NCBI GenBank assembly: GCA_041546465.1
Contig: JBFEWG010000001.1
Location: forward strand, 1-56,676
From: Sulfurimonadaceae bacterium
GTDB taxonomy: Bacteria; Campylobacterota; Campylobacteria; Campylobacterales; Sulfurimonadaceae
Direction: 5' to 3'
Length of the DNA stretch: 56,676 bases
This document shows positions 55,524-56,676 of the stretch, one piece after another (position 1 is the first letter of the stretch; each line of letters opens with the position of its first letter). Under the pieces are notes generated by a model that made no database searches, was not told the origin of the DNA, and was given only the letters and a program-made list of their open reading frames with translations. Position numbers and translations under genes: made by a program.

Positions 55524-56676
55524 CTATTGACACATCGGATCAGAACTGTAAAGTTTTGGTGCCCAGTTTAATCCTCTTTCATCCGGGTTTTCATGCAGTG
55601 TGAAAAGTTGTGACTCTTTAGCAGGGTCAGTGTATTCATCAGGTGTCATCACGGCAATCCCGCCAGTAAGGATACTATCCAAGGTCTCCGTTTTTACTTT
55701 TGCACTGAAAACCCCTACTTCCATGCCAATACCACCTGCATTGTAAAAATAGGAGTTGCTACGTATCAAATGCGCGTAACACGGCTCAATGAAGAGTTCA
55801 ATATCAACACCGGTCGCATCATCGCTAAGTCGATATTGTGAAACAGAACCGATCTTGATCTGTCTGTAATACAAGGGTGTCTCTTCCTTGATTCCACCCA
55901 ATCTTTTTGCTTTTACGACAACACGCAAGCCTTTTTCATTAAAATGGGCAGAGGGTTTTTTTGATAAAAGGACAAAGTAGTCCTCATCCCTCTGTGATTC
56001 ACCCTCTTTCAAGACGATAAAGGTGCCTTTTAATGCCGCAGAGAAGTTTTGTATACCTTGCAGGCTCATCTCAAAAGCCTCCGGCCAGAAGAGCGTGTCT
56101 TCTTTGAGCAGATAGGCATACTTACTGTCGATTTTGATATCGAGTTCGACCTGCTCTTTCTCAAGTCTGACATTACTGACGTGACCGATGATCACACTCT
56201 TGTACATCACAAGGTTCCCAGCAACCAGGCCATGCGAGTCTGTACTATGCACGACTATATCGACATATTTATTCATCGCCTTGGATTTAGTAGGATACAA
56301 CTTAAACTGTTCATTGTTGCGAACTGTTTTTCCGTCTTGTGAAATTGGTGTGTAAAATGCCACACCGCCTGTAAGGACTGTTTCTAATGATTCTGTGTTG
56401 ATCTCAAGTCCATCAAAACCGAATTTAGCATCAATGCCGCTAGCAATATAGAACAATGAGTTATTCTGGACTTCACTGGCATATTCTTTGGCAACAAAGC
56501 CTTTCAGAAAAACTTTTTTCGATTTGCTATCCCACTGGTAAGACAGTATCTTTCCTGCCTTTATCTGCTTATAGTAGATAGGAGATCCCTCTTTTAACGA
56601 CCCCATATTATCTGCTATTAAAGTGATATATACACCCTCTTCACTCAAATATTTATCATCTTGCAGCTGAGCATAA
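55524..56676 (-). CDS. PqiB/MlaD (MCE-domain) intermembrane transport protein, 5' end outside window
   Basis: reading frame is open to the window edge (..YAQLQDDKYLSEEGVY..); repeated MCE units (GSPIYYKQIKAGKI..., GNLVMYKSVIIGHV..., ETPLYYRQIKIGSV...) each followed by TGG(V/I)A. Confidence 0.82.
   Translation of the reverse strand, partial: YAQLQDDKYLSEEGVYITLIADNMGSLKEGSPIYYKQIKAGKILSYQWDSKSKKVFLKGFVAKEYASEVQNNSLFYIASGIDAKFGFDGLEINTESLETVLTGGVAFYTPISQDGKTVRNNEQFKLYPTKSKAMNKYVDIVVHSTDSHGLVAGNLVMYKSVIIGHVSNVRLEKEQVELDIKIDSKYAYLLKEDTLFWPEAFEMSLQGIQNFSAALKGTFIVLKEGESQRDEDYFVLLSKKPSAHFNEKGLRVVVKAKRLGGIKEETPLYYRQIKIGSVSQYRLSDDATGVDIELFIEPCYAHLIRSNSYFYNAGGIGMEVGVFSAKVKTETLDSILTGGIAVMTPDEYTDPAKESQLFTLHENPDERGLNWAPKLYSSDPMCQ

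Noticed and set aside
1-56676. Search for CRISPR arrays, IS elements or transposases, an integrated prophage, toxin-antitoxin pairs or a defence island
   Set aside because: No spaced direct-repeat array is present. No intergenic gap exceeds about 265 nt. There are no transposase, integrase or recombinase-like ORFs, and both RHH proteins lack toxin partners. The window reads as core chromosome.

Overview
This compact, roughly 40% GC chromosomal segment is almost entirely housekeeping genes with short intergenic gaps. Gene content and order suggest a member of the Campylobacterota (epsilonproteobacteria). The supporting features are a short adk next to aspS, a short 'GluRS2-type' gltX, a long-form dapD, a two-subunit Tat-exported GMC dehydrogenase, and flgF/flgG behind a sigma54 promoter of the TGGAAC-N4-TTTGCTT type. 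About 65 CDS, one tRNA-Glu(UUC) and a few promoter and terminator candidates are supported. I see no CRISPR array, IS element, integrase, prophage block or recognisable multi-gene defence island, so I do not claim a clear novel system. All calls rest on motif recognition by eye; no database search was possible.

The observations most worth follow-up are:
- An intact GluRS paralog whose class I signatures are degenerate (HIGH reads HIEN, RGEDH reads RSEEQ, KMSKS reads KINGQ). It lies directly downstream of tRNA-Glu.
- A response regulator with a ribbon-helix-helix output domain.
- A 102-aa 'minimal' flagellar rod-family protein outside any flagellar cluster.
- A MurF-N-terminal-like protein without a P-loop, translationally coupled to metG.
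- An orphan CI/S24-type repressor with repeated TTGCAA boxes upstream.
- A stand-alone ferredoxin:thioredoxin-reductase catalytic-subunit homolog.
- A SprA-related HExxH protein next to an orphan RHH protein.
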